In this document: positions 1 to 16,225 of the stretch, piece after piece
How positions within the stretch are numbered: position 1 is the stretch's first letter
Layout: every line of letters begins with the position of its first letter
Source of the DNA: the human T2T-CHM13v2.0 reference genome, Homo sapiens
NCBI RefSeq assembly: GCF_009914755.1
Contig: NC_060947.1
DNA length: 64,000 nucleotides
Direction: 5' to 3' (one strand)
Notes under the pieces: generated by a model
The model's input: the letters and a program-made list of their open reading frames with translations, nothing else
What the model was told of the DNA's origin: nothing
The model's database searches: none
Position numbers and translations under genes: made by a program

Positions 1-618
<618 letters not shown>

Positions 619-819
619 GCAGGGCCGGAAGAGGAAACACTCAGTTCTATCCTCCCACTAGTCTCATCCCCTACCACATACTTCCATCCTGTGTTCCAGA
701 CATACAGGACTTCTGTCTGTACTCTGAGCGTACCTTTCACTCGTCTGCCACCATGCCTTTGCTCTTGTTATTCCATCCACTTGAGCTGCCATTCTCATCT
801 CCCCATCTGAATTCTCACT

Positions 820-1060
820 CACCACTCAAGGACCAACTTGAAAGTCAGCTCCCTTATGCCTCTTTTACTGATCACCTTGGAGGAATTAATACCTCATTTT
901 CCCTGCTCCCATTAGCCATTTGCTTACCTCCTTCATCTAGCACATTTTCCAGTTGTCTATCTCTATTCTTAGACTGTGAGCAAAAGCTAGTCTTATTCAC
1001 TTTGGCATCTCCTGTAGTGTCACAGATGTTGCCCAAGTGGGTTTCCAAATTGTGTTAAGG
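820..1060 (+). mobile_element. L2 3' end, degenerate
   Basis: TAGACTGTGAGC...GTCTTATTCACTTTGGCATCTCC resembles the L2 3' terminus. Confidence 0.5.
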
Positions 1061-1339
1061 ATAGGAAAGAGACCCTGATGGAACAAGCCCCACTCCCTAG
1101 AGAGAAAAAAGCTCAGTTAGGGTAAAGTGGAAACTATGGCATGGTGATACCAAGTTTACCTGGTAGTCTATTTCCAGGAGTAGCAGAGCATCTGTGCACA
1201 GGGATGATTCTCATGGGCAAGGAATATGAAGAGCTTTCCCTAAGACCTGAATACACAGCAAAGACCAGGGAGATTCTTGAAGAAGTGGGTTCCTCAGCGA
1301 AGAGATTTCTTCTTTATTTCTTTCTTCTGAAAATCTGCC

Positions 1340-2020
1340 ATTTTTTCCTTTTATTTTTAATAAATGGAAATATGTAATAATTATAAATATTTATGGGATA
1401 CAGATTGATATTTTGATACATGTATACAATGTGTAATGATCAAATCAGGGTAATTAGCATATCCACCCCCTCTAATATTTACCACTTGTTTGTGTTGGGA
1501 ACATTCAAAATCTTCTCTTTCATCTTCTTGATAATATACAATAAATTATTGTTACCCATATTCACCCTACAGTGCTATAGAACATCAGAACTCATTCCTC
1601 CTATTTAGCTGTAATCTCTTATCCATTAACCAAACTTTCCCTATCCTCCCCCTTGCCCCACCCTTCCCACCCTCTAATAACCACAATTCTTCTACTCTCT
1701 AGTTCTATGAGCTGAACTCTTTCTAGATCCCACATACAAGTGAGAACATGTGGTATTTATCTTTCTATGCCTGGCTTATTTCACTTGACATAATGTCCTC
1801 CAGTTCCATCTGTGTTGCTGCAGATGGCATGATTTTATTCTTTTTATGGCCAAGTAGTATTCCACTGCATGTATGTGTGTATATATATATATACACACAC
1901 ACACACATATATGTATACCCATATATATATACACATTTTCTTTATTCATTCATCAATAGATGGATATTTAGGTTGATTCCATATCTTGGCTATTGTGAAT
2001 AGTACTGCGATTAACATGGG
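1340..2020 (-). mobile_element. L1MA-type LINE-1 3' end with internal (TA)n/(CA)n
   Basis: TGTAATGATCAAATCAGGGTAATTAGCATATCC...GTGAGAACATGTGGTATTT antisense L1MA 3'UTR; T-rich tail near 1340. Confidence 0.88.
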
Positions 2021-2338
2021 GAAGGTTTGCAGGTTTCTAGTGAATAGAGGGTTGACTGCTCAGAAATGATAGGTCAGAGCAAGTGGGCAGCTGCAGGAAT
2101 GTGTCAACGTGTACCACCAGGGGATTAGAAGTTTCAAATGACCCTTCACCCATGTCCCCCCTTGGTGAGTCTGGAATGATCCCTCAAGCCTGAATATATG
2201 GGCCTGGAAATCCTGACTTGAAGATTATAGGCTGAAAAAGTAGTGAAACTTCCTTTTTTTTTTTTTTGAGGTGCACACACAGAGTGATGCCACCTTTTGC
2301 CTTGTAAGATTTGCTTAGTAGGCACAGACCCCCTAATC

Positions 2339-2666
2339 CAGGGGTCCCCAAACCCTGGGCCACAAATGGTAGCTGTCCCTGGCTTGTTAGGAACCGGGTC
2401 ACACAGCAGGAGGTGAGCGTCAGCCCAACAAGCAAAGCTGAGCTCCGCCTCCTGTCAGATCAGCGGCGGCATTAGATTCTCACAGGAGCACAAACCACGC
2501 TGTGGACTGTGCATATGAGGGATCTGGGCTGTATGCTCTTTATGAGAATCTAATGATGAATGTAATGTGTTTGTTTAAATCATCCCAAAACTATCCCCCA
2601 CCTTGTCAGTGGAAAAACTGTCTTCTATGAAAGTGGCCCTGGTGCCACAAAGGTTGGGGACCACTG
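2339..2666 (+). mobile_element. MER1B-like hAT/Charlie non-autonomous DNA transposon
   Basis: Terminal inverted repeats CAGGGGTCCCCAA / TTGGGGACCACTG; internal CTCCGCCTCCTGTCAGATCAGCGGCGGCATTAGATTCTC. Confidence 0.9.
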
Positions 2667-3059
2667 CCCGAAATCAGTCTCTTAGACCCAGGGACCTGGG
2701 ACACAGTTTGGCCTGGATTCTGATTCCTCCCAGCTTTCTTTACCTCTACCCTTGAATGTGCTGGGGGAACTCTCAAACCTTCTGTCTGACCTCCTGAGAC
2801 ATGGAAGCCTGACTGTTCACATGCTCTGAATAAGTAAATCCCATGTCAGAATCTCAATTTTTCATCTAGAAAATGTGGGGCCTTGACTGGCTGGAATCTG
2901 AGGATTCCTCCTGCCCTGCTTCCACCAGCAGTAGTTGGAACTGAGACTGTGCCTGTGGCCTCCACATTTGAGGAGGCCCTGGCTTCTGGCCGTCCCATGG
3001 AATGAGGCATTGGCAAGTTTCCAAGGACAGGTTGGGACTTTTGTCCTTGGCCAGGCCAG

Positions 3060-3235
3060 GGGGCCAATTAACAGTAGGTTAATCACAGTTCAACATGCCC
3101 AATATACTTATTTACTGAGTCATTATTAAATAAGGCCAATTAATAGCGTTGGATGGATTTTTAATCCCTGTGAGGCACCGATGATGTGAAGGTGACAATG
3201 TGCAATTAACAAGGCAATAGGTGATTAATGGCAGT
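3060..3235. promoter_or_regulatory. Candidate enhancer: homeodomain, PBX-HOX and AP-1 motif cluster in unique DNA
   Basis: GGCCAATTAA x2 (3062, 3134), GCAATTAAC (3202), TAATCC (3162), TGATTAATGG (3222), TGAGTCA (3116); motif evidence only. Confidence 0.35.
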
Positions 3236-3814
3236 GACCTTACATGGAGAAGAAAGCCCTTCCTCCAGCCCCCTTTATTCCATACACAAATAAAGCATTT
3301 TGGGAAAGTCAGAACTGGTGATAGGCAGTATGCCAAGATAAAGAAATATTTTGCAAACCTCATTGCAACTGATGCAGCGTTGGAAAACACTGTCTTTTGT
3401 GATTTTTGTGGCATTACTAGAATTAGAGCATCCAGACAAAGGAATAAGCAGGTCTTCCCCTTGTGTGGGCAGCAATTGCACTCCTCAGGCCTCTCTCTCA
3501 GGGAGGCCCAGGGGATGGATAGTCCTGGCCCTGTGCTGTGGGTATCTAGGGGAATCCAAAATGCAGGGATGAGCATCATTTAAAAGAGGTCTCTATCAAT
3601 CTGAGCTCTTTAGCAGAGGGGGCTTCTGAGGAAAGCATTAATAATATCCATAGTGTGGACATAATGCACCCCAAAGAAGTTTGCAACCTAAATTCTCAAG
3701 GTCCTTCAACCTTGAGAGTGCTGAAGTTCATGTTTTGAAAAGTGCAGTCTTCTGTGAATGAAAGTCAGGGTGGGAAATGGCCTGGACTATGACCCAGGGG
3801 GAAGAGAATAAGAG

Positions 3815-3965
3815 CTTGAGTCAGATACTTCTCCATCTTAGTCCTGGCCGCTCATCAGCTGAAAAACCACGATCTGGCCTCTTAGCCTCTTTGAGCCCAC
3901 CTCATCTCATTAGCAAACAGCTGTGATAATAACCCCTAGCTCACAGAGATTTGCACTAATGTGGC
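3815..3965 (+). mobile_element. MIR SINE, degenerate
   Basis: GAGTCAGA...CTTAGCCTCTTTGAGCC...CTCAT...GATAATAA...CTCACAGAG resembles the MIR core. Confidence 0.55.
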
Positions 3966-4582
3966 CACAGCTTGGGTAGCACCAAGAAGCTACCCAGGGA
4001 GGTAATGCAAGGAAACGTATGACAGGCCCCCAGTTTCTGAGCTCAGATTTTCCATGACTTAGATTTCCCATTCCTCCTCCAGCCTTCACTGGTGGCCGTG
4101 TGCTGGCTGTTCTGGTGACTGCAGTTAGTAAGTCTTGGAGACTTCCCTGCCCTGCAGACTGAGAAAATGGTATGTGTGATATGGTAGCTGCCAAGTCAGG
4201 CTCCAGAACCACAGTAGCATAGGAGGCTTCATATAGAAGGCTTCATATAGAAAAGCCACTAACCAGGCAAGGCACCATGAGGTCACTCACCTGGGGAAGA
4301 GCCAGCTTGCTTTTTGCCAACTACCAAACATATTTACCTCAGTCCATCATTGCCTAACAGCCCGTAATCTGTGCCTGAGGCCAGATGAATATGCATGCAC
4401 CTGTCTCAAGCAGAAACTCAGGTGGGAGCTTATGCTGCACAAGCCATTTGCCCTTTCCAGCAATTTACTCCCAGATATTAATGTCAAAGTAGTTTCAGGA
4501 TTTCCAAAAAGAGCTAAGTTATGTTGCCAAATTCTTGATGGGAAAACACTAGATTTATGGTGCATCTCTCACTGTAAAATGC

Positions 4583-4700
4583 CTGTGAATCCCCCGAAGG
4601 ATCTCGTTAAAACACAGATTCTGACTCAGAGGGTCTGGGTCCAGCCAGAGACACTGCATTTCCACAAGCTCCCAGGTGGTGTTACTGGCACTGGTCCATG
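4583..4700. mobile_element. MER5 hAT DNA transposon fragment
   Basis: GAATC...GGATCTCGTTAAAACACAGATTCTGACTCAG...CTGCATTTCCACAAGCTCCCAGGTG. Confidence 0.75.
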
Positions 4701-5143
4701 TGCCTGAAGAGAAATGTCCAGTCAGCGCCTTATCCCTGGGATGCTGGTACATAATGGCCACAATAAAGATCACAGCACTAGCTCAGAGTTGGGATCCCCA
4801 GGGCCAGATCTATAGCCTCTCTCTTCCCTTACAGAGTTCTGAATCCCAGAGGCCTGAGTCAGACAGATGGAGATCAAAGTAACAGTTCCATTACTGATAA
4901 AATCTCACCCACGTAACAAAAAACCACTTGTACCCCCAAAAGCTAGTGAAATATATATCTTTTCATCTCAATGGGAGGCCTTGGTTTAGCCAGGCAGCCA
5001 CAGTGGGCCTGCCAGTGAGTCCGTCCTCCTCCCACGAGTTCAGCAAATGAGCCCACTCAGAGTGAGTGCAGCTGGTCAATGCCCAGGGGCTTTTGGCTTT
5101 CTCCTGAGGGCAAGAGACCTCTTGGGGACCATAGGTCCATAGG

Positions 5144-5381
5144 GACCATATCCCCTATTCTTCCCATCCTTCCTCCTCTGGGTCCACATTTGTTTAAGCC
5201 AGACCCCTTAATGATGCCATCATGCCCAGAACCAGGACTTAGCTACCAACGATGACTTTTTTTCCTAAAGGCTCTAAGAATTCTGACTTACTGGCATGTT
5301 ATAGGTTGTACGTTATGTAAGCTATTAATATTATCTTTTGTATAAAATTTTAAAATCATAATATATTTCTCTCTTCTTAGA
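5144..5381 (+). repeat. 238-bp local direct duplication, copy 1
   Basis: GACCATATCCCCTATTC...CTCTTCTTAGA matches 8707-8944 with 5 substitutions and no indels. Confidence 0.97.
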
Positions 5382-5769
5382 CCCCTTTCCCTCGGAGGAC
5401 AGTGGACCATACAAGTAGGCGAGTAGGCCTCAGAACAGAGATAGAGGAGGGGGTTGCACCAGTGGGAAGGATCCGCTCAGTGCCTCCTGTTAAGCTATCC
5501 AACCTTGGGGAGCACAGATGGAAAAGAGGAGGAAAGTGGCCATGAGAATCACCTCTGAAGTCCCTGGACATGTTACCATGAAGCCTAGGACCTGGGTGGA
5601 CCCACTCGCCCCAACCTAGTTTGAATGTGTAATGTGAGCCATGTGCCTTGTGGTCGGTTTGGGAGGTGTGAGAGCCACGTGGCTTGTGGCAGGCTTGGGA
5701 GGTGTCAGCCTTCTTGCTGCTGGCCCCCTCCCCGGGTCTCCCCTTTCCCCCCTTCAATGTAATCACCTC

Positions 5770-5960
5770 ACAGTGGCCAGAGTGGCCTGTCAATCAAATC
5801 AGATTATGTCATGCCTCTGCTCAAGACCTTCCAGTGGCTTCCAACCACAGGTACAATGAAGTCTTCATCCCTCACTGAAGCCTGTAAAGCCTGGCATGGT
5901 CTGGCCCCTATTCACTGCACCCCAGCCACCTGCCCTTCTCAGCTCACCTCAGGTCTCTTT
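5770..5960 (+). mobile_element. L2 fragment
   Basis: GCCAGAGTG...CAAATCAGATTATGTCA...CTGCTCAAGACCTTCCAGTGGCTTCC typical of L2. Confidence 0.65.
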
Positions 5961-6012
5961 TCATATGTCACCACTTCACACTGCCAGGTGCACACTCTCA
6001 AAAATGCCCACT

Positions 6013-6306
6013 CCTTAGCAAACTAACACAGGAACAGAAAACCAAATACTGCATGCCCTCACTTATAAGTGGGAGCTAAATGATGAGAAAACATGGACAC
6101 ATAGAGGGGAGCAACACACACTAGAGCCTATGAGAGGGTGGAGGTTGGGAGGAGGCAGAGGATCAGGAAAAACAACTAATGGATACTAGGCTTAATACTT
6201 GGGTGACAAATAATCTGTACAACAAACCCCCATGACACAAGTTTATCTATGTATTGATAACAAACCCGCACATATACCCCTGAACTTAAAATTAAAAAAA
6301 AGAAAA
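6013..6306 (+). mobile_element. Old L1PA (PA13-like) 3' end
   Basis: CTTAGCAAACTAACACAGGAACAGAAAACC...GGATCAGGAAAAACAACTAATGG...CCCCTGAACTTAAAA then A tail. Confidence 0.9.
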
Positions 6307-6307
6307 G

Positions 6308-6615
<308 letters not shown>

Positions 6616-6855
6616 GTACCTCTTTTTCACTACCTTGATTCTCACTCTCCTGTTGATGGCACTTATCGTTGTCTATTCAGGTGAACAAGCACTCCTCCTG
6701 ATAGAGTTGTCTCTTTTCTGCCTGTTGAAATTCAATACTTATTCACAGTCTCCTTCTCCTGGGAAGTGAACCATTTGTTGCTCCATTGAGCAATCTCTCC
6801 ATAGGTTTACTGGACCTATTACAAATATGGTCACCTTCTCTGTGACCTTGGCCCC

Positions 6856-7221
6856 TGCTATGATCTGAATGTTTGTGTCCCCCCCACGCCCACATTCACA
6901 TGTTGAAACCTAATCCCCAGTGCAATGTTCTTAAGAGAGAGATAAGATATTTGGGAGATAAGATTAAGTCATGCGCATAGAGCCCGCATGATTGGGATTG
7001 GTATCCTTACAAAAGAAGCTCAAGGGAGCTTGTTTGCCCCTTACACCATGTAAGGACACAACACATACCATCTATGAGGACTGGGCCTTCACCAGACACT
7101 GAAATAGGTGATGCTTTGATCTTGGACTTCCCAGCCTCTAAAACTGGGCAATAAATTTTTATTGTTTATAAATTACCCAGTCTAAAGTATTTTGTTATAG
7201 AATCCCAAACGGATTAAAACA
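6856..7221 (+). mobile_element. MLT1A0/MSTD-like MaLR solo LTR
   Basis: TGCTATGATCTGAATGTTTGTGTCC...AATTACCCAGTCTAAAGTATTTTGTTATAG...AACA; 5-bp flanks GCCCC/GCTCC. Confidence 0.88.
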
Positions 7222-7464
7222 GCTCCTCTTTCCAAAATCATTTAACTACTGGTTTGTATGGACCTGCCCTTAATCATAGACTTCACCTGGGGAATACAGA
7301 CTGCATGAGAATAAGTTGTCCTAGCTAGCAGGAACTTCAGGATCTGGCTTATAATGGAAAGTTCCCATTCTCTGACAAGCTGGGGACTTTTAGTTCCTGA
7401 GTCCCAGAGAAAGAAAATCACTTTCCCAAGACCAAAAAGCTTATAACAGGCAACGTATATCCTC

Positions 7465-8040
7465 TGGCTGCATATCTTGAATGTCTCACAGCTCTTCAGA
7501 CTCAACAACACCAAAAGCAAACTCTTGATTCCATATCTTCCCCCGTCTTCTCACCCTCCTGCACCAATCTGAGTTTTCTTCAAGTGGACTCATCTCAGAG
7601 GCTTCCAACTGGTGTGCTCAATACCAGTTTATCTCAAATGGGTTGTAAGTGTACCAAGATAATGTTTTCCTTGCAGCTCTTGCAACAGCTAGGAAGAATC
7701 TTGGGTTTCTGAAGTTTTTGAGTGAGCCGCCTCTATCTTCAACTTGTTATTTCTTTTTACCCCAATGTGCTGTGTGACTATTATCATTTCCTATATTTTA
7801 AGTTATAATGCATATTGGGAATCACTTTCCCATTTCAATGAATGCAAACAGAAACCTAAGAGTCACCCTTGATATACCCTTTCCCTCTCCCAGCCATCAG
7901 CAAGTCCAGTTGGCTCAACCTACAAAACTTATCTCACATCCATCCATTTTTCTCCATCTCTATTAAGTCACAGTCTGGGCCAAGCCACCATCATGACCCA
8001 TCCTGCATCATGGGTGTCCAATGCTCTCCCCACCTCCTAC
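7465..8040 (+). mobile_element. L2 fragments, probably interrupted by a small hAT-like element (~7596-7826)
   Basis: ATGTCTCACAG...CTCAAC...CAAACTCTTGATT and CCATCAGCAAGTCC...TTCTCCATCTC...CCAAGCCACCATCA are L2-like. Confidence 0.55.
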
Positions 8041-8099
8041 CCACTGACACTGTTCTCAGACTGCTCTTTTGTCCATATTGTTGAAGCAATGAGGTGCAG

Positions 8100-8240
8100 G
8101 GAAATTGACCCTGGTCTAAAAAGGAAGATGGCATGTTCTATTCCTTCACTTTGTTTTTTTGTTACCAATTGTCTGTGTAGCTTTGGAAAATTTCTGCCCC
8201 TGATTTGGCCTCAGTGTTATCACATCTGCAGTGGGAATTA
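8100..8240 (+). mobile_element. MIR fragment
   Basis: CTGTGTAGCTTTGGAAAA...TGGCCTCAGTGTTATCACATCTG. Confidence 0.5.
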
Positions 8241-8706
8241 AGGTAAAAAGCCAATCTCAACAGTGTCCGCAGAAGGACTGACTTTCTTACCTCTTCCTTT
8301 GTTCTGAACTCAAAATTGTCATGGCTTGTATTACCTTGGGCATTCCCCCGAGTGTTTCCCCAGCTTCTGCCCAAAGTGTGCTCTGCCACACAAAAACCTG
8401 TTCAAAGCTTTTAAATGTAACTTTAAAGCCACTTTACTATAGATAAAAGGCTGTATTAAAGGGTTATAATAATTGACTTCAACTGCCAAACCAAGTGGTT
8501 TGGCCTCAGGCTCCACAGAGCATTGCATGTGCCTCATTCAACCAACAAGTTAGTAGTGCAAGTTGTCCTTATTTGGTACATATTGGCAAAGGGAGAGGGG
8601 TGCTTGTGCCAAGTACTGCTTTATGTCCAGAGACTCCCAACAGCTTCATTGAATAGTAACTAGCTCTTCGACACTCCCGTCCCTACACGATAACACAACT
8701 GGTGGT

Positions 8707-8944
8707 GACCATATCCCCTATTCTTCCCATCCTTCCTCCTCTGGGTCCACATTTGTTTAAGCCAGACCCCTTAATGATGCCATCATGCCCAGAACCAGGA
8801 CTTAGCTACCAACAATGACTGTTTTTCCTAAAGGCTCTAAGAATTCTGACTTACTGGCATGTTATAGGTTGTACGTTATGTAAGCTATTAATATTATCTT
8901 TTGTATAAAATTTTAAAAACATAACATATTTTTCTCTTCTTAGA
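8707..8944 (+). repeat. 238-bp local direct duplication, copy 2
   Basis: Matches 5144-5381 at 233/238; offset 3563 bp. Confidence 0.97.
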
Positions 8945-8949
8945 AAAAG

Positions 8950-9356
8950 AAAGGGGACTTGTAGCTCCAGTGATGGCAGACTAGGCTAGTTGGTTGATAC
9001 TTCCCCTTTAAAGAAAACTAAAATGCTAAATAAATTATAAAAATTATTACAAACAAAAGAACTAGTAAAATAGGAAGAAATTATAGCAGAACAGAGGTTT
9101 TAAAAGTGGGATCCCAGAGAAGTTAAATAATCATGGAAGCTGGTTTTACCGGGGGATGTTTCAGATCCCCAAATGTGTGAGTTTTATTATGTCTTGTGGT
9201 CTCTTGGGATGAAAGAAATAGGAATCAAATCCCAGAATAAGGACAAAGTAAAAACTCCTTTTTAGAGTCCTCTCCAAACAATTGCCTGGTACTCTCAAAG
9301 GACTACAGCCTTGGGTAAGGATAAATTCATAACAAATCAACCTTCTTTTGGTCTTG
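8950..9356 (+). mobile_element. Ancient L1M 5' region, continues at 18922 after the provirus
   Basis: GACTTGTAGCTCCAGTGATGGCAGACTAG resembles an L1M 5' start; A-rich sense strand. Confidence 0.5.
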
Positions 9357-9360
9357 AAGC

Positions 9361-9808
9361 TATGAACTCCAAAAAGCTGAGACAGGTCTCAGTTAATTTA
9401 GAAAGTTTATTTTGCCAAGGTTGAGGACCCGTGCCTGTGACACAGCCTCAGGAGGTCCTGACAGCATGTGCCTAAGGTGGTCAGAGCACAGTTTGGTTTT
9501 ATACATTTTAGGGAGATATGAGACATCAATCAACATATGTAAGATGAACATTGCTTTGGTCTGGAAAGGCGGGACAACTCAAAACTGGGAGGGGACTTCC
9601 AGGTCATAGGTAGATAAGAGACAAATTGTTGCATCCTTTTGAGTTTCTGACTAGCCTCTCCAAAGGAGGCAATCAGATATGCATTTATCTCAGTGAGCAG
9701 AGGGGTGACTTTGAATACAGTGGGAGGCAGGTTTGCCCTAAGCAGTTCCTAGCTTGACTTTTCCCTTAGCTTAGTGAATTTGGGGGCCCAAGATATTTTC
9801 CTTTCACA
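9361..9808 (-). mobile_element. MER4A1-type 3' LTR
   Basis: Minus strand TGTGAAAGGAAAATATCTTGGGCCCCC...AATAAACTTTCTAAATTAACTGAGACCTGTCTC. Confidence 0.93.
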
Positions 9809-11583
9809 TTTCCCCATTTTTCTTTCAAATGATCTTTTGGAGAAAGTATTTTAGAAGAAAATGAGTCAGTCTCTGGTCTCAGGTTTCGTCTGATCTCTCA
9901 TGGTTAGGATGGTTTATTCCTAGACAGGTAGGTCCCGAGTTATTAGGAAAGCTCATTTTTAGAAGGCTGTGACGTCTTATGTCTTATGAAGAGAAAATAG
10001 GGGGAGGAAGGGAGAAAAACAACAACAAACAAAAGGATAATCCTGGAATATTGATATAAACCACATTCCTCTGAAGTCCATACATCAGTAGGCAGGTATG
10101 AAAGTGGCTTAGGTATGTAAATAGGTTGCTGTTATTTTCTTCTGAAGTTTAAGTTGTCTGGCTTCAGTTCCCAGGGTTTTAAGAAAACACAGCTTAGTTT
10201 TTGGTGACTCCACATTAGGAAAAATGAGGAGAAAGGAAGGAAATAAAATGTAAACATTATTTTCAAGGCTTGTAGCTAAGAAAAATTAGAATTCGGTCCA
10301 AAGTGTAGAAAATAATAAAAACTGACTAGAGCCTAATGGTAGGTGTAATATAGTTTTTGAAACATATTTTTTCTCTCTCCGGTTTCCCATTTTTACTAAA
10401 GACAAATTATTATAGGATTAATTTGCTTTATTGTACTTGGCCAGATTATTTGTATAAAGTGCAGCAAGAATAATTCTTTTTCACATAGGCTTTTTATTTT
10501 AATTGGCTTTGATGGAATTTGTTTCATAGAAGGAATCTCAGATAAGACTTTTTTAAAGCCAAGCCCAGCCATGGATTTGTACCATTAAATACCTATGAGT
10601 TGGGTAAATTCCTCTCCTCTTGAGGTTCCAAGATAAATTTGGGGCTCCTGGGCCTGTCAGAAAGTGGCATTGTTTACTTACCACAGGTCAAGAACCCTGT
10701 ATAGGGACTGTGTAGACAAAGGTATAAGGCCAGATTTTCCAAAGGGCTTTATTGGCTCTGTAAGTCAAGTTTGATTCCTTAAAGGAAAGCATTCCATTCC
10801 AGTCAAAGCCTTGGTAAAATAGCCAGTTTCTCCAATTGTGTCCTGTTACAAATGAAAACAGATTCTTATTGCACTTATGCAAATGACTATATCATCATAA
10901 CTTAAGAATACTCACAGTTTCCAAATTCTGTAGAAATCAGGTAGAGAGAAACAAATATGCTCCAAATTTTGTCCATAAGAATATACTTTACTCAACTGTT
11001 AAAAGCTTTAAATAGCTTAAAAGTTTTCTTTTAAGAAAAACAAAGGATCAGCAACACTTTTAGCAAAAAGTTAGAAAGATTATTTCATACTTCTATTAGT
11101 CTAGTAATTGCAGTTAATTTCTCTTCTGCTTGATACTCATAAACATGTCAGTTCTCTATGAGTCCTGAAAGTTTTCCTCTATTCTGATGTCACAGTCTCC
11201 AAAGTTCTCAGAAACCTGCATTCAAAATCACCTGTTAGAGTTTTATAGCTGATTATAAAACCACCTTCTAAAGAGGACCAAAACAAGGCAACAATTGTCC
11301 ATGGATGACAAAAAGTTTTAGGACAGCCATAAGCAAAGACACAATTAACAAGGAAATTTATTACCTCTGTGGCACACAATAATTTAGCATAACAATTATA
11401 ATTGTTGCTGGTAGTGTACATTAAATCATATCAGAAATATAGGGGTTTCCCATAGTTTTGGAACACATACCAATAACACATTTATACAAATGCAGCCCAA
11501 AGGAAACCAAACACAATTTTACATTTGACAATGCTTCCTGTACAATTTTTATACCATATAAGCCAAATATGTCGTTTTTGGTC

Positions 11584-14182
<2,599 letters not shown>

Positions 14183-15991
14183 TTAAGGAATCTATTAATA
14201 ATATCTTAAAGGTTAATTAGGTCAGAAAAAGACATAATTTACAATTTGATTTGGAAAGTGTGTCAAATATGAAAGGCTTAAAACACTTGATATTATGAAA
14301 CAGGATCACAGGTCATTGTAAAATAAGTCGTTCATTTAACCAAAGTGATAAGAATTTCAAAAAAAAGGCAAAAACCTTCATTCTTTGAGAGAGGAGACAT
14401 AATTTTTCAAACAATAAGCCCTAAAAAAAACAGCACGAAGCCAATTAAATTTGTTTTCCAAAATTTTGTAATCTATAACATTTTCATCTTGATCATAAGA
14501 TATAACTTTCTTAAGCCTTTATAACCTTTATTAACAGGTCAGTTCATATTTCAAGAAAACCCTGTTATTCTGACCCAGGGGCCCGTATGCTGGTGTTGCA
14601 TCAATGTGCCTTTGACATTCATGATTAATTTATAGAGAAACTGAACTTATTTTATCTCTCAGAATAAGTACTTACAATCTCACATGCTCATGTCTTCCAT
14701 GATCATCCCTGGCCCTTGAGGAGTTAAATAGCTTTAATTTTTTGCCCTGTGTCTCAGGAAGGCAGTTTATTTTGATTGGCATCTTCTACTGGGACTGAAA
14801 ATGAGGCTTTAATTGCTGTTAGTTTTTAAGATTTAGCAGGTCTTGGTGTTCTTTTTAGACCCAGGAGATAAAGCCCTGTAACTCAATGTCACAAGAACTT
14901 TCAAAGCACATATAGGAAAATGCAAGAATGTAATAAACTTAATTTAAAAAATATTTTTTTAATATCAGTTTCTCCTAAGCAAACCAAACTTAATAATAAT
15001 GCCATAGGAACTATTTTGATAAAATGTAAAATCTGTTAGGCCAGTTATCAAAAGGCAAAAGAAAAGACACTGTGCAGTGCACAGAATATTATTTTGGAAT
15101 AAAATATTTCCTTTAGCTCTTTAGGAAACTACTGTTAGCATCAGGCCACAAAAAACAGAACCCAAGGAGGAAAAAAAACATATATTTGAGCTGAAAATGA
15201 GTTCAAGGGGAATGTTACTTTTTCATGCCTTTTAAAAGGGGAGAGAACACTGAAACCAGTGAGATGCAATAAAAGTTGAACTTTGGGTTGAAATAAAAAA
15301 AATTAAAATCTCTTATAATTTATCAAGAGTAAATCAAACCCTTAAGAAAATTTCATTGTTCTAACCAATTCTTTATGTGTTTTTTTACATCAAACCTAAT
15401 CTCTAGAAAGATCATTATAATTTCCCTTTAATCATAGACAACATGATCATATATAAATTTTTGTTGTTTTTTAAAAATAAATCCTTTTCTTATGACTTAC
15501 ACAGACCGTTTATGACATCCTTGAAATTGTTTTTCTGAACATCCCTCTGTCCTTAACAACCAGCCATTTTATTCTAGTACTAAATTTATCATACAAGGTT
15601 CTTTCTCATATGAAATTATTTCTCTTTAGCCTTCTTACAAGAAAAAACCCTCTTTATTTATATAACTTTCTTAACATCTCTTTTATTTCCTGGCTCCTTT
15701 TACCTTGTTTGAAAAATGACCCTTAAATAAACTTTTGAATTAGGCAAAAATTGTTCACTTTTTAAAAAGAATACCATTTTATTTTAGAAAGAATGTTTTC
15801 TCACAAATATATTTTTCTTGGAAAATACGCAAATAATAATATATCTATTACTTAATTTAACATAACTTTAGATTCTAAATTATGATGAGTTTGTCTACAA
15901 GTATTTATCCTGTAATATATATCTAATTATTTTATTCTAATCATGTACCTAGATTATTTATAAAAACTATGATGGTCGTTATTTAAAGTTA

Positions 15992-16225
15992 GGGAACCAC
16001 CACTGCAGAATTATAACTGAGCCAGTGAAAAATATTTGACCTGACTCCATCTTGCTTTTAACTTCCAAGCTTTCCTTGTTCATTCCTGGGCATAGGACAA
16101 ACTAAGTTTGGGAGGAACTTACTTTATAGTTTAGCTTTGAAACAAAGATGATGACAATCCTTTCCCAAAACAAACCTTAATGCCTGTGGACTAGACTGCC
16201 TAAAGCCACAAGAATAGAAGTTATG
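15992..16225 (+). mobile_element. LTR8-like fragment embedded antisense in MER4-int
   Basis: ATTATAACTGAG...GACTCCATCTTGC...CCTTGTTCATTCCTGGGCATAGG...TTTGGGAGGAACTTA matches the recalled LTR8 5' part. Confidence 0.65.

Noticed and set aside
3112-3583. Overlapping 155-aa and 120-aa ORFs in unique DNA
   Set aside because: No recognisable domain, promoter or exon structure; lengths compatible with chance
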